From Curvularia clavata (lineage: Eukaryota): a stretch of DNA of 64,000 nucleotides. Shown here in pieces: positions 38,569 to 50,714 of the stretch. A model generated the notes under the pieces. That model was not told the DNA's origin and made no database searches. It saw only the letters and a list, made by a program, of their open reading frames with translations. Both the position numbers and the translations under genes were made by a program. How positions within the stretch are numbered: the stretch's first letter is position 1; every line of letters begins with the position of its first letter. The stretch lies in NCBI GenBank assembly GCA_023920165.1, contig CP089276.1, forward strand, positions 620,001-684,000. The letters run 5' to 3'.

Positions 38569-39897
38569 CTATGCCTTGACCTTCTCCGACTGCTCCTCGA
38601 GGATGAACTTCCACATGACTTCAGCAGCGGTCTTGGCGCCGTCCATAGAGTTCAGCTTCTCCGCCAGAGCCTTAGCTTTCTGCGCGTAAGACGGGTTGTT
38701 CATGACTGTGAGAATTGTGTTGCGGATGTTCTTCGCGTTCCACAGGTGCTTTTGTACACGGATACCAGCTCCGGCATTCATAGCATTGTCAAGGTTGGTC
38801 TGCTGCTCAACCTGTAGTGCGACACCAACAAGAGGCTTTCCTGCAGCCAAAGCGCACTGGACAGTGCCTTGCCCACCGTGTGTAACGATGAGATCAGCAA
38901 GTGCGTTAGCAGAAGATGCTGGAATGAAGCGGTCGGTCACAAGAAGGCGTGGGTCTCCCTTGGCGATTTCGTTGGCCTTGTTAATGTCACAGATGGACTT
39001 TGAGGCGAGGACGACCGCGTTCCAGTTGTCGTCGGGGTTCATGTTAAGAGCCTTGATGGCCTCGAACAAGAACTCCTCAGTTCCGGAACTGCCCATGGTA
39101 ACGAGAATGGAGGGTCCTGGTCCCTTTGTGAGATGAGTGGCAATGTCTTCGTCAAGCTTTGCGTCGCTTCGAGCGTACAACGGGCCTGTGAGGACGATAT
39201 TCTTAGGGAGGCGATGAAGGTATTCCTGGTGGAATACTGGGTGATCATTGACGATGTTGAGGTCGGCCATGTTCATGTCAAAGAGCGAGATGGGCCCAGT
39301 GATGGGCCATCCAGCAGCGGCGGCTGCTGCACCCAGGCGCTTCTGGGAAAAGATAGGAGCCTTGATCATCAAGCCGCTCATCCACCATGCCATGCGTTGT
39401 CGTACTGGCCGTGGAAGGCGGGTGAACATCGGGACCATATCGGGAAGATCCCTGATCAAACCATGAGCGAATGCTCCAGGGTGTAGTGGGACTGGTAAGA
39501 AGTTGATAGTCCGGATCCCGAGGAGACGCGCGGCAATGGAAGCTGGAGCCCACATGCCGTGGAATACGATGTCGGGCTTCAACTCCTTGAAGGCAGCCAG
39601 CTGACCATCGATGAAGGATTTGGCAATCTCTTCGGAACCAAAGAACTCTGGCCAGTCCCAACCAAGATCGTGTGCCACTGAGATACCCTTCACACGAGGT
39701 TGAGCCGGAACAATGTTAAAGCCAGCATCTGTGATCTGATACTCAAATCGTGCACCGCACGACAGAAAGTCAATTTTCAGATCAACGTCCGGGGGGCACA
39801 TGTCTCGTAGTGCGATGGCCATGGCTATCGCGCGGGTGGTGTCTCCCGCATCTTGCCATGCTACACTCAACACGATGTGGATAGGTCGAGGTGCCAT
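38569..39897 (-). CDS. GT-B fold glycosyltransferase (GT1/GT28-C-like), intronless
   Basis: DAGDTTRAIA N-terminal loop, KPDIVF, VTMGSSG, and THGGQGT...EQQTN nucleotide-sugar-binding signature. Confidence 0.88.
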   Translation of the reverse strand: MAPRPIHIVLSVAWQDAGDTTRAIAMAIALRDMCPPDVDLKIDFLSCGARFEYQITDAGFNIVPAQPRVKGISVAHDLGWDWPEFFGSEEIAKSFIDGQLAAFKELKPDIVFHGMWAPASIAARLLGIRTINFLPVPLHPGAFAHGLIRDLPDMVPMFTRLPRPVRQRMAWWMSGLMIKAPIFSQKRLGAAAAAAGWPITGPISLFDMNMADLNIVNDHPVFHQEYLHRLPKNIVLTGPLYARSDAKLDEDIATHLTKGPGPSILVTMGSSGTEEFLFEAIKALNMNPDDNWNAVVLASKSICDINKANEIAKGDPRLLVTDRFIPASSANALADLIVTHGGQGTVQCALAAGKPLVGVALQVEQQTNLDNAMNAGAGIRVQKHLWNAKNIRNTILTVMNNPSYAQKAKALAEKLNSMDGAKTAAEVMWKFILEEQSEKVKA

Positions 39898-41211
39898 GTT
39901 GTCAAGCACGCGTGGAATTATTACCGGGTATCTAGGAAGAGAGGTGGTGGTGAAAAGCGATTGTTCGATGATCCAGCTCTAAGAAAAGTCGCCAGCCTGA
40001 CGGAGTCCTTATACCAGCGGGCTTGACGCGCTCGTGCACTCATGTTCGCTTTTTCCCATGCACGGTTGATCCAGCTCGTCTCTCCTCTATAATCTCCGAT
40101 ACGGTAACTGAATGCAGCGACTGTTGACATGGCTACTCTCTGCTAACTATAGTGGATCAGCACCACTCGACATACCAATCGGGCCCCCTCCACCCCTTGG
40201 CGGTGAGCTTGTTGGTCTCATCCGATGCCACCATTCTCTTATTCTGATCACTTCAGCCGCACTGGCATTACTGAAACAGCTGCGGGGAACCGTAGATACA
40301 GTATACGAACCTTCCCGGGCCGTCCGTTAGGTCTTATTTTCGATACTTTACATAGCCCATAAAGTCTAGTCAGAGCATCCGCCCCATAAGGTCTGTGGGC
40401 CTTACGTTAACCTCATGTGTGGCGAGGCGAAGCTTGCTTAGCCAAGCGATGCCTATTTTTGCGGCAAACATCTCACGTCGATAACCCCATTATTTGTTGC
40501 GGGCAGAGGACAGCTTGCTTTTCTTGCTAAGATATAATGATCCTCGTGAACAGACTTTAGACGTGGTATGAACCAATCATACGCTTGTGGTCAGTGAGCA
40601 AACCGGCGCGGCGGGTTCCGAAGTCGAACGAGATTGGTCAACTCTATTTTGGGGCTGCTTTGGGGGCTGCGTTGGGAGCCACAAGGCACAGCAGCATGGC
40701 GGAGCTGAATACGAGGAGGTGCTTATCTGGACTTGACAACGCAGCCTGCGTCGATTGCCAATATTTCTTGTCAGTTGGCCAAGGGCCAAGCGTGATTAGG
40801 GTTTGGAAAGTGCATAGTTTCTCAGGTTTTGTTCAAGATAGGACTTGCTTGTTGAACCGCATCAAGCAATTATAGCGCGATCAACCACGTATCTTGGTTC
40901 ACACCCGGAATGATTCACCGGTTCACCCAAATGCATGACCGGGTAAGATGCCGGAGTGTAGGTAGAGCGGTAACGAATGGTTCACCGCTGCAAATGGCGT
41001 GTGAACGTTGACTCGCCATACGAAGTGGAAACAGTTCTATGTACAAGATGATGTCACGTGAACAAACTAGAGTTTGGGTCTTTTATGAGAAAACATAGCA
41101 TGCGGCCCGGCTTTCGCCTCAAACGCATCTAAATGAATTGATAAACAAAAGAAAGTTCTACGGAATATGTATGACAAATTGGCTAATTACACATTACACC
41201 TACAACGGCCA

Positions 41212-43707
41212 TCATTTTGGGTGGGGCGAGGGCGCTTCACCCCGAAGCTCGGGGTTGACCTTGGCCGTCAAGTACGACGAGAAGTGACCACTGGCACGGA
41301 AAGTCTTTCTCCAGGATGGAGCTGGTGGCTTCAGAGGAGTATCTGTGTCGGCTTCTTGCAGCGCCTGAATACCGGCTGGAGTGCTGAAGATGCCTTGGGG
41401 CTGCACAGTACCCGGCGTTTGCTTCTCCTCGTCGTTCTTTGGTGCTGGCTGAGGCGGTGGTGGCTGCTGCTTCTCCTTGACACTGCGCCATTCCATACCC
41501 AGAGCTGCTGGCAACGCAAAGCAGGCAATAATTAGTGCTGCGAAGAACGTTCCTTTCGTCAGAGAAACGTTATAGGCTTCAAGGACCTGTTGTTTGACAG
41601 CTTCCGGTACGTGCTTGGTCAAGTCCGTTGCTCCAGCACCGAGGATGCGCTGGGGAACAATGCCACCAATTCGCTCCAAGCCCTCAGTGAACTTGCTGAT
41701 GTACAAGTTCTGTCCGACAGCTGTGAATACAGCTCCACCCAGGGTCTGGCAGAGCGAGAGGATTGCTGTACCGATGGGCACGTCTTGCTTTCGCAAAACA
41801 GTTTGGACAGCAATGTTGGGATGTTGCATGCTGCTGCCAACTCCAAAGCCCACGATGATCTGGTAACCAATCCACATGCCCATAGAGGTGTTGACGTCCC
41901 AGGTCGTGATCAAACCAACACCCACAGCCATGAATATAGACCCAAAGATCATGAATGGAGTGTAGTAGCCGAAGCGCTGGACCAGTCCACCTGTCAGAAT
42001 GGAACCCAGGACCACCGACAAGACAAGTGGGATTGTGTTGATGCCAGATTGCATTGCCGACACGCCTTTGATGGCTTGGAACCAGAGAGGAATGTAAATC
42101 GAAACTGTAAGCATGGTTGCACCGACACAGAACTGGGATGCACCACCGCAGGCGACACTGCGCTGGAACATGATGTGGGCTGGAATGGTAGCCGTTGTGT
42201 GGCGAGTGAAGAATTGCCAGGCCATGAAAGCGATAAAGAGCACTGCAAATACGACGAGGAGAGCAATGATCCTTGGCGATGACCACGAGTACTCGGCGGC
42301 ACCCCATTCGAGGGCTAGAAGCAAACAAGTGATTGACGGCAGAAAGAGCAGCGTGCCCAATGGATCCAGCTGCTTCACTGTCTCTTTCCATGTTGCCAGC
42401 TTAGTCTTCTGCTCTTCCAACTTGAGCAAGAAAAACACGACGAGGATGGTGACACCTCCGAGCGGCAGGTTGATCCAGAAGCACCACCGCCATGTGGCCG
42501 AGCTCTGCGTGAACGCTCCTCCGAGCAAGGGCCCGGCTACAGACGCAACGCCAAAGCACGCGCCAAAGAGACCTTGCAGCATTGGGCGTTTCTCCAACGG
42601 AACAGTGTTGAGCATGATGAGAATTGCACCCGTGAAGATGCCGCTACTGCCGAGACCTGCGATGGCACGCCCGCCAATTAGCATTGTACTGCTTGTTGCG
42701 GCTCCGCATATGACACTGCCAATCTCGAAGAGGAAAATGCCAGACAGAAAGATCCCTTTGGTTGGAAAGAAGGTATAAATCCGCCCGTAAAGCAGGATGA
42801 ACCCAGCGGCTGTAAGCATGTACGAGCTGCCATACCATCCGATGTCGTCGATGCTGTGGAATTCGTTGGTAATGGCTGGAATGGCAGGTCCGATGATGGT
42901 TCTGTCGAGAGCAACCAGGAAAATGGCGATGTACAATGACAGCATGATAACCACCGTTTTGGCTCTCGAAGGATAGGCCGGGGCTGGCGGTGTTATGCCC
43001 GCCATGTCGGTTTCGTGATTCGACCTCGAGTTTTCTGAAAGGTCCTCCATTGGATATTCTTGTCGGAGGTTGCTCTTGGTACTCCGTCGCTTGTCACGCG
43101 GAAAGATACTAGACTCGTCGACCCAGTCGTCTTCGTCGAACTTGACGCTGTTCGACCTCGAATAACTGGAGCGTCCTGACGGTTGATGGGAGTCTAGTAT
43201 GACGGGTACGTAGTAGTCCTCGCCGGGCTGGGGTGATAAAGGATTGAGCGGTATTGGTGGGCTTTTTGGGGTTTTTGACATCTCGTCTCTTGGGGCCATT
43301 CCGTTTGCCAATATACCTTCTAGTGCCAACAAAGTGCTTTCACGTAGATAGGGCCGGATCTCACGGAGGTCCTCGCGTAGGTTTGAGGGCGTGTAGGAAG
43401 TGGCGGTACCTCGCGTCCGTGGGCGAGATCGTCTGCTGAATGGTCGGCCGGTGCACTCTTTTTCGGTCAAATAGGAATATCTGGGACCCCACTCGTGTGC
43501 TTGGGTATGTGCTCTTGCAAAAGCTGTTTCGCAGTTGTCTGAGAGATCGGCGATGATACTTGCTATCAAATTTCTTTCGTCGAGGGAAATGACGCGAGAG
43601 GATGCTGCGTCCGTGAAGGCGAAATCGCTAGATGTCCGAGCTGATATGAAGGATATCGGGCCAGGCCCCCTACGGAACAGCGGTACAATTGGAGGAAGTG
43701 CCGCCAT
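41212..43707 (-). CDS. MFS DHA2 (14-TM) drug/toxin efflux transporter with long N-terminal extension, intronless
   Basis: FLVALDRTII, WYGSSYML, GRAIAGLG, GPLLGGAFT, WRWCFWINLP and YIPLWFQAIKG. The start could instead be at 43050 or 43005. Confidence 0.9.
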   Translation of the reverse strand: MAALPPIVPLFRRGPGPISFISARTSSDFAFTDAASSRVISLDERNLIASIIADLSDNCETAFARAHTQAHEWGPRYSYLTEKECTGRPFSRRSRPRTRGTATSYTPSNLREDLREIRPYLRESTLLALEGILANGMAPRDEMSKTPKSPPIPLNPLSPQPGEDYYVPVILDSHQPSGRSSYSRSNSVKFDEDDWVDESSIFPRDKRRSTKSNLRQEYPMEDLSENSRSNHETDMAGITPPAPAYPSRAKTVVIMLSLYIAIFLVALDRTIIGPAIPAITNEFHSIDDIGWYGSSYMLTAAGFILLYGRIYTFFPTKGIFLSGIFLFEIGSVICGAATSSTMLIGGRAIAGLGSSGIFTGAILIMLNTVPLEKRPMLQGLFGACFGVASVAGPLLGGAFTQSSATWRWCFWINLPLGGVTILVVFFLLKLEEQKTKLATWKETVKQLDPLGTLLFLPSITCLLLALEWGAAEYSWSSPRIIALLVVFAVLFIAFMAWQFFTRHTTATIPAHIMFQRSVACGGASQFCVGATMLTVSIYIPLWFQAIKGVSAMQSGINTIPLVLSVVLGSILTGGLVQRFGYYTPFMIFGSIFMAVGVGLITTWDVNTSMGMWIGYQIIVGFGVGSSMQHPNIAVQTVLRKQDVPIGTAILSLCQTLGGAVFTAVGQNLYISKFTEGLERIGGIVPQRILGAGATDLTKHVPEAVKQQVLEAYNVSLTKGTFFAALIIACFALPAALGMEWRSVKEKQQPPPPQPAPKNDEEKQTPGTVQPQGIFSTPAGIQALQEADTDTPLKPPAPSWRKTFRASGHFSSYLTAKVNPELRGEAPSPHPK

Positions 43708-46048
43708 TTGCCAATACTAATATTGATTCTTGGCCGTCGGTGGTCGGTCGATCGATGACGGGGGTACGTGGGTGTGGCGCCGAAGCTCCGCGTATTGGAG
43801 ACCTCAGCTATCGGTTGCGCGTGCGTGAGTCGTGAGCGTATGCCTTGATATATGAACAGTTCTCTACCAGATTCTGATATCAATTCTAAGGGATGAAGCA
43901 AAAGACACAATTAACTCCAGTTTCATGGCATCTTGAAACTGAAATAAGAAGCAGAAGCACATTCCCATCATCGTCGACACTCCAAAACTAGGAAGATTTC
44001 TGAGTCCGCAGCACGCAGAGTGTACAAGGCGAAGCTCACTAAGACGGGGAGTCTCACCGACGAATGCAATCATTCTCTCCTACACCACTTAGCTTCGTCA
44101 AAAGCATCGGCGTTCCGGTTCCCAGACCACCGATGTTCCACACCTTCACCCATGCGCCACACTCTTAGTCTTCCCGATCTGACACACATGGCTATATCTA
44201 TCAATAGCTCTGCTAGCGAGACCCTAGTATATGCCTTATGAGCATTCACTGCATTGATTATCCTGGGAACCTACAGCTCAGAGATATTCGCGTAGAGGTA
44301 AGAGCATGCATAATCAGCAACGGGGATTACCTGGGGAGCCGAGTGGCGTCCGTGATCGTCCATGAACTTCCGAAAAAGACCATCGGCGACGTGAGCAGCT
44401 AAGCCATGGCGTTTTTCTCTGACATGATGGTTAGAAGAAGTATAGTCACACTGCGATCGTGTCTCGGTGTTTTGGAATGGGGACGGGGCGCGGTAAGGAC
44501 GGTTGAAGTGAAGTCGTTGACCAGGACTGGATGTTAGTTAGCGTGTTGGGAATCACAGTTAGCAGGATAGATTGTACGCAGGGCAGTCGGAGCTCAACTC
44601 TTTTCTCCGCTACTTGTTGGGTCGGGGACACGCTTTCAATGTTCTAGATTTTTCCGAGTTTGGCCTAGAGAAATTCAGATCGTCACTTGCATTGTGCAAG
44701 CTGCAGGTGAAAGTTTGATTTACAAACGCTGCGAAGTGGCATCACTTCCAGCAACTTTCCCAGCCGGATGACCGCCTTTGATCTTCCCGAATCCGCGTAA
44801 CGAATCGGATTTTACTAGACTGCAATGCACTCAGAAATTTGCATCATTGTTCAACAAATACGTTATTTGAAAGATAGGTTGGTCATAAGGCACGAAATAT
44901 ACGAGTGGACGATCGAACAACACGATCTCACCAAGGCTTACACTAGCCATATAGCTGCTGCTCATATCGATCCATGGTTGAATACATGTACCCTGGATCG
45001 ACGTTGGAACCACCGCTACTGGACTGCGGTATGGTCCTCACGGTCCTGAGGTGTGCGGGCGCTTTGGGAAAAAAAAAGCATGTTGTTTACTTGTCCAAGA
45101 ATATCACAGAGATCTTCCCAAAAAGGTAACTCCCTAGAAGAAGCAAGGAACTGACACAGAAAGACTTGATGATCTTATCCATGTACAGATAGGGGTTCTC
45201 GGACCACTGCAGGGCCAGTAAACGTCGGATTTGCAGTCTCAAACGACTGGGTGTGTGAAACAGCTACCTCCCGGTCGTGACAGTAAATTGTAGCAAGGCC
45301 AGTCGGATGCGACAGTTATTCAGCGAATACCCGGGTTACTGTTCATGCAAACGAGAAGATATGGTAGTGGGCCTCGTATCATGAAGGAAACTGAATGTTC
45401 AAACGTTTGGTATCTTGAGGATCACTGCACAGGCGCTTCGCCTTGGGGTTAGCAAGAACATGCCCTGGCTCCTTGTGAGAGAATTCAGCATGCGACTATG
45501 AACTCTCGTACTTTTTCATTGCCTATGAAAGGTTTCGGTGGTGCATACAGGGGCAAACATGTTCATTGTCAATCGTTGCTGCACAGATGCATCAGATTGA
45601 ACTGTCTCCTTGGCCGTTCCGCAGGTCTCTAAGATTTTCTTCGACCCCTCTGTCGTTCTAGAAGAACTAAGTAGAATTACTTTCTTGCAATATGGAACTA
45701 TTCTTGAATATATTACAAGTTGACCGACAATTTTCCTGGGTTGCATTTCCAAACACTAGTTTACTCAGCCATCCCTCAATCTCTAATAAGCCGCGTGATC
45801 CGATCTCCATAGAGTTTTGAGATCAAATTGAATAAGCTCTAGCATGAATGGTACTCTGACTCAGGAACATTGTACATCTTCCTGCGTCAACCTAATGGGA
45901 ACGCTGACCAAGGATCAGCTATTTCTAGAAAATCAATCCTCCAGAAATAAACGAGCTTACTTCACTTAATTCTATTTATAAATCGGCATTTGATAATTGC
46001 GAATTGCTAAGTGAAAAGTAGCATACATTCATGAAAGTGGGAAGGATT

Positions 46049-46275
46049 GTTTGGGGCGAACTGTTTATCTTTTATGTCCTCTGACAGAGATTAACAGTGA
46101 CGAAATTACTTCGATCTTACTTAGTCGCCAGATAAGTCCTAGTGTTTTAATGATCTCCAATGATATTCCATTATAATATGAAGAAGTAATACAAGATGCT
46201 ATCTACTGACAGACTAATCACACGGAGTAAAGCGAGATCATCAAAGCTATAGAACAAAAGATGTATAAAGACGTT
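46049..46275 (+). pseudogene. Possible decayed HET-domain fragment
   Basis: VWGE...*QRLTVTKLLRSYL, then after a frameshift DAIY*QTNHTE*SEII...MYKDV. This echoes the order of HET-domain motifs, judged by eye only. Confidence 0.22.
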
Positions 46276-48172
46276 ACAAAATCCTGACGCAATCCCTCTC
46301 AAGACCGTCTTCGTACTTGTAGTCAGCTATTTCCACATTCGACTCCTCCAAGTTCTATGAGTCAACAATTATATTAAGTATTTTGGTTTTGATGTAAAGC
46401 TTTACCCCAAACTCTTCATATGGCTCGGAATGTTCTTGGTCGTATTGTGTGGTGAGAAAATATTGGACAGGAATGACTTAGACAGAACGACGTCTTTGCT
46501 AGAAGCTTATAAAAGTATAGAATCTATAGAAATACTGAAAATAGTTGATATTTACCAGTACACGTAAAGCTCATGGCAATATCTCAAGATACTGAACGTC
46601 AGTATGACAACAGAAGTTACAGCAGTCGCATTAAACATCTCTATACCTGAATGAGGCAAGTACATCTTAGAGTCAAATAGAGTAAACATTCTTCCAGTGA
46701 CGAGTCGTCACTGATGACATCGTACAAAAGCAATTCAATATGCACTTCCATGATTTCACTGTGTTTTCTTGAGCTAATGTATGGCCACATCTTCTATCAC
46801 ATGCTGCAAGCTCATTATTCGTTTTGTCTTTTGTGTAGTTAGTGATAAATGTCGAATGTGGTTCACCAATCCACCTTGAAGCCGTCTTCTCCACGATTCT
46901 GCAAGATAATTTGTTTTTCCACATGGAAATACCATCGCCAATCATAATCGCCATCTATGCTACGGCAAACGGTAGTGACGGAGTCTGAGATTGGAAAGAC
47001 GCTGGGCTCTCTTTCAACGTAAAATCTGTCACTTTCGATTTTGGTTCGCTACTTCGCTCAGACCTCGACTGGGTTTGTTTACAACGGCTCCAATCTACAA
47101 GCTCTCCACAGCATGCACCCTGCGTCTCGCTTTCAACAACGCCACTGCATCACGCAGATCCCGCCACTATGTCCCAACACAAAGTCAGCATGTACGAATC
47201 CTGGCATTGCCAATCGTTCGGGAAGCGGGGGATCTATAGCCGTATGCCCCGATCGTCAGATCTGCACTTGACGGCATGATCATCCCTACCTTGGCAACGG
47301 AGCGCTAGACCCTACTCAACGCGCCGCGCTGAACCACAATGTATGAAAACCGTTGCTCGGTGCCGGTACCAGTACCAGAGTCCTCAAAAACCGCTGTGGC
47401 CCAGGCTAACCCACAATTATTGTCCCGACTACATCAGTGACATGACATGCCTTTGACGTTCAGACCATCGGCCCATTTCAACAATCACAACAGTACCGAT
47501 GTAGGAGCGCTGCCCCATTGAAACTCTATTGCTTTTTACCATTTCGCCAAGGTCGGAATTTGAGACTTCGGATACCTGTGTGTTGTCTCGTTTCGTTGAT
47601 TTGCTTGATTCAAGTATAAGAACGGCTGGGTAGGCTGAGAGAGAAGATGGTTGCTTAAATTGCTGCGCGGAGTGGCGTTCAGGCACGTATGAAATTTGCC
47701 TCCCGTAATCCATGGAGGTCTCAGATAACCGCTGAATGACAGTTAGACTGCAAATAGAGACGTGCGATTGCGATTGCGAAGAAACACATGATGTCATTTT
47801 TGTGGAGTAGAGAGATACTGCCGAATGGCTTCACTTAATTTTTTGCCATGGTAAGCTATGATAGAAGTGCATACGGTGGTCCTATGGAGCGCTGCGGAGG
47901 CTGTGGTGCGGAGATATCTTCCTACTGCGTCATATCGCGTGTTAGGTCCCAAACTGCGCGTAACCCACCACGCCTTCAAGCCTTCTATTACCATGACCCT
48001 CAGCTCCCAGCCCTTATTCAAGTGCAGCTGTATTTTATTCCCATCTTAATGTGCTCTGATTAAACATTCTCGGAGTATCCAGCAATTTCACTCAAATTTA
48101 AGCCCATCATTCAACACCTTCTTATCTTCCAATCGTGAATGAAAGCCTGAATTTCGCCAAGCGCGCCTCGTA

Positions 48173-49372
48173 ATGGCTCTACGAAACATACTCCCTTCGC
48201 ACAGGGATGATATTTCTCCTTCTCGAGAGCAGCGAGAGCCTACTAGAAGCAAGAAGCCTTCTACTGCACCTCAACATTCAGGGCATCACCCAAGTCATGG
48301 TAAACATGTCAGGAGGACCAGATCCGGGCTCACCTTGATTTCCCACGACTGGCATAACCCCGCGGTTGCCGCACTCGCAGAATTCTCAGGAACATTTATG
48401 TTTCTCTTCTTTGCCTTTGGCGGAACCACCGTCGCGAACAACAGCACCCAAGCCAGCTCGACAAATGGAACCAATGGCATCCCTCAAGCACCTAATGTAG
48501 ACTTGTTGCTTTACATTAGCCTGATATTTGGCTTCAGTTTGATGATAAATGTGTGGATCTTCTTCAGAGTCAGCGGCGGATTGTTCAACCCTGCAGTAAG
48601 TCCTTTCTCTAGTGACATCATCGCCACCCTACGTTCATCAACCAAAAAGGACGAGAAGAATACAATGGTTTGTTCCATACTGACCGTAAACTCCACTTCC
48701 TAGGTTACACTCGGACTCTTCCTCATTAAATCCATATCCCCTTCTCGCGCCATCCTTTGTTTCATATCGCAGATCCTCGCAGGAATGGCCGCTGCAGGTG
48801 TGGTGTCAGCAATCCTACCGGGCCCGTTGTCCGTCAGCACCACACTGGGCAATGGCGTCTCAGTCACTCGTGGTGTATTCCTAGAGATGTTCCTCACGTC
48901 CCTGCTTGTTTTCACAGTATTTATGCTCGCCGCCGAAAAGCACAAGGCGACATACCTTGCACCTGTTGGCATTGGTATTGCCCTCTTTGTTGCAGAACTG
49001 GTCGGTGTATTCTACACAGGCGGCAGCTTGAACCCGGCTAGGAGCTTTGGGCCTTGTGTTGTCACAAGAAACTTTCCAGGATACCATTACATTTACTGGG
49101 TTGGGCCTCTCATGGGTACCTTGCTGGCATTCGGGATGTACAAGATTGTTAAGGCGGTGGATTACGAGACGGTCAATCCTGGGCAGGACTTTGATGATCA
49201 CGAGGCTGCTTTGTTTAATCCCCCTGAAAACCCTGATGACCCCGAACAGGTAAGGAGGCCGGTTGTTCCTCCTATTTCTCCTACATTGATGAGCCCGGTT
49301 ACACAGCATTCGGATATATCAGGCGAGAAGAAAAGTAGTGATAACGGGGAAGGGTCTGGAACTCGTGGATGA
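48173..49372 (+). CDS. Aquaporin (orthodox MIP family)
   Basis: AEFSGTFMFLFFAFGG, SGGLFNPAV, TGGSLNPARSFGP and IYWVGP. Intron approx. 48596-48703. Confidence 0.95.
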
Positions 49373-50714
49373 TCAGCACACAGGAATTGAGAAAGGAACG
49401 GTGTGACCTTCTCTATTGAAGCAGGCGAACGTATCGGCGATACTTGACTGATAGTTTAATTATTTCTGTACATAATGTTTATAGGGGACCGAAAGGCGGA
49501 AAAAAGTGTTATCTCAATACATACAAGCACGTCTTAGTTTTGCTCCTCCTTATGACACCTCACCATGCTTCTTCCGTCTGGAATTCATCCTGTACACTCG
49601 TAATCATGCAAAGAAATGAGCCATGAGAGTCAAAAGGTCAAGGACAAACAGCAAGAAATAGGATGCAATAGATAGGAGAGTATCCAAATGAGTCTCTATT
49701 TACTTCTGTGTTTCTTGTTTGCTGTCAAGGGATAAGTGCTAGTGAAGAAAGGTCATGCATCAGCGGAGATACAGGTCTTGGAGTCGTGCGTCAGGTCCAC
49801 ATAATGAATTTGGTTGTTGCCTGATGTAAACCATCTCGTCTTCATTACCCCTACAGAGACCTAATAGCCGTCTCGCTACATCTTCTGCGCCGCCTATCTT
49901 TCCCAATGCAGTGTGGTATAGTAGACAGGCTGTGCTGACTATCGTTCGCCTTTGTGATTCAGGTTCAATTATCTCGCCGATGATGTCGGTTGGATGTGTA
50001 TTTCTTCTGATAGCGCCTCGAGGATGAATCTGGATCCATTATTCGTACTGTCCGTCGCTTCTTTTCAATTTCTCGTGTGCGGTCACTATCGCGCTGTGGC
50101 TGTTCGGTGTGCTCATAGGGATGATCGTAAGGATGATGTCCATTGGTATAGCGGGGGTCAGCCTTCTGTTGATTGTGTTGAGCGAGATGAAAGCAACAAG
50201 TTATGGAAACGACGGAAATAGGAGGTAGGTACGCTTAGCATAGGCAGAAATATTGCTAGGAGGCAGACTACAAACAGAAGGCCCATTTCTGGTTGTCGGG
50301 ACAGCGTGGAGAGTGATGAGTACCCAAGATTCAGTCGAAGTCGTAGGTATCGTGAAATTGAAACCAGTCCGCGTGATTTGTAGGAGGTAATCGCACAGTG
50401 GTACTCAAGTGTGTTATGAGGACAACTAGTTGTCTTATAATTCGAACGACGTGACCTCTTTCACACAAAGAACGCAGCTGTCATTTGTAGAAGGCTTTGC
50501 AGCATACAAGCAGCTCCTGATGTCATGCAAGAAATGGCAGTGGCCATCCGACAGGTACACGTTTGACGTCGCTTCCCAACATATCCAAGTTCAAAGGGAC
50601 ATAACACATCTTCAACAAGTCTCCGATTCGTACAGCAGACCTTGGAAGAAAACAATCATGCAATACTGAACAACAAGACAACTGTGGGTATCTGTGTCAA
50701 GCAGCTGACAAAAT

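Noticed and set aside
46695..46713. Interrupted palindrome CAGTGACGA-G-TCGTCACTG
   Set aside because: A single 9-bp arm pair is not unexpected in 64 kb. No TSD, transposase or partner repeat.
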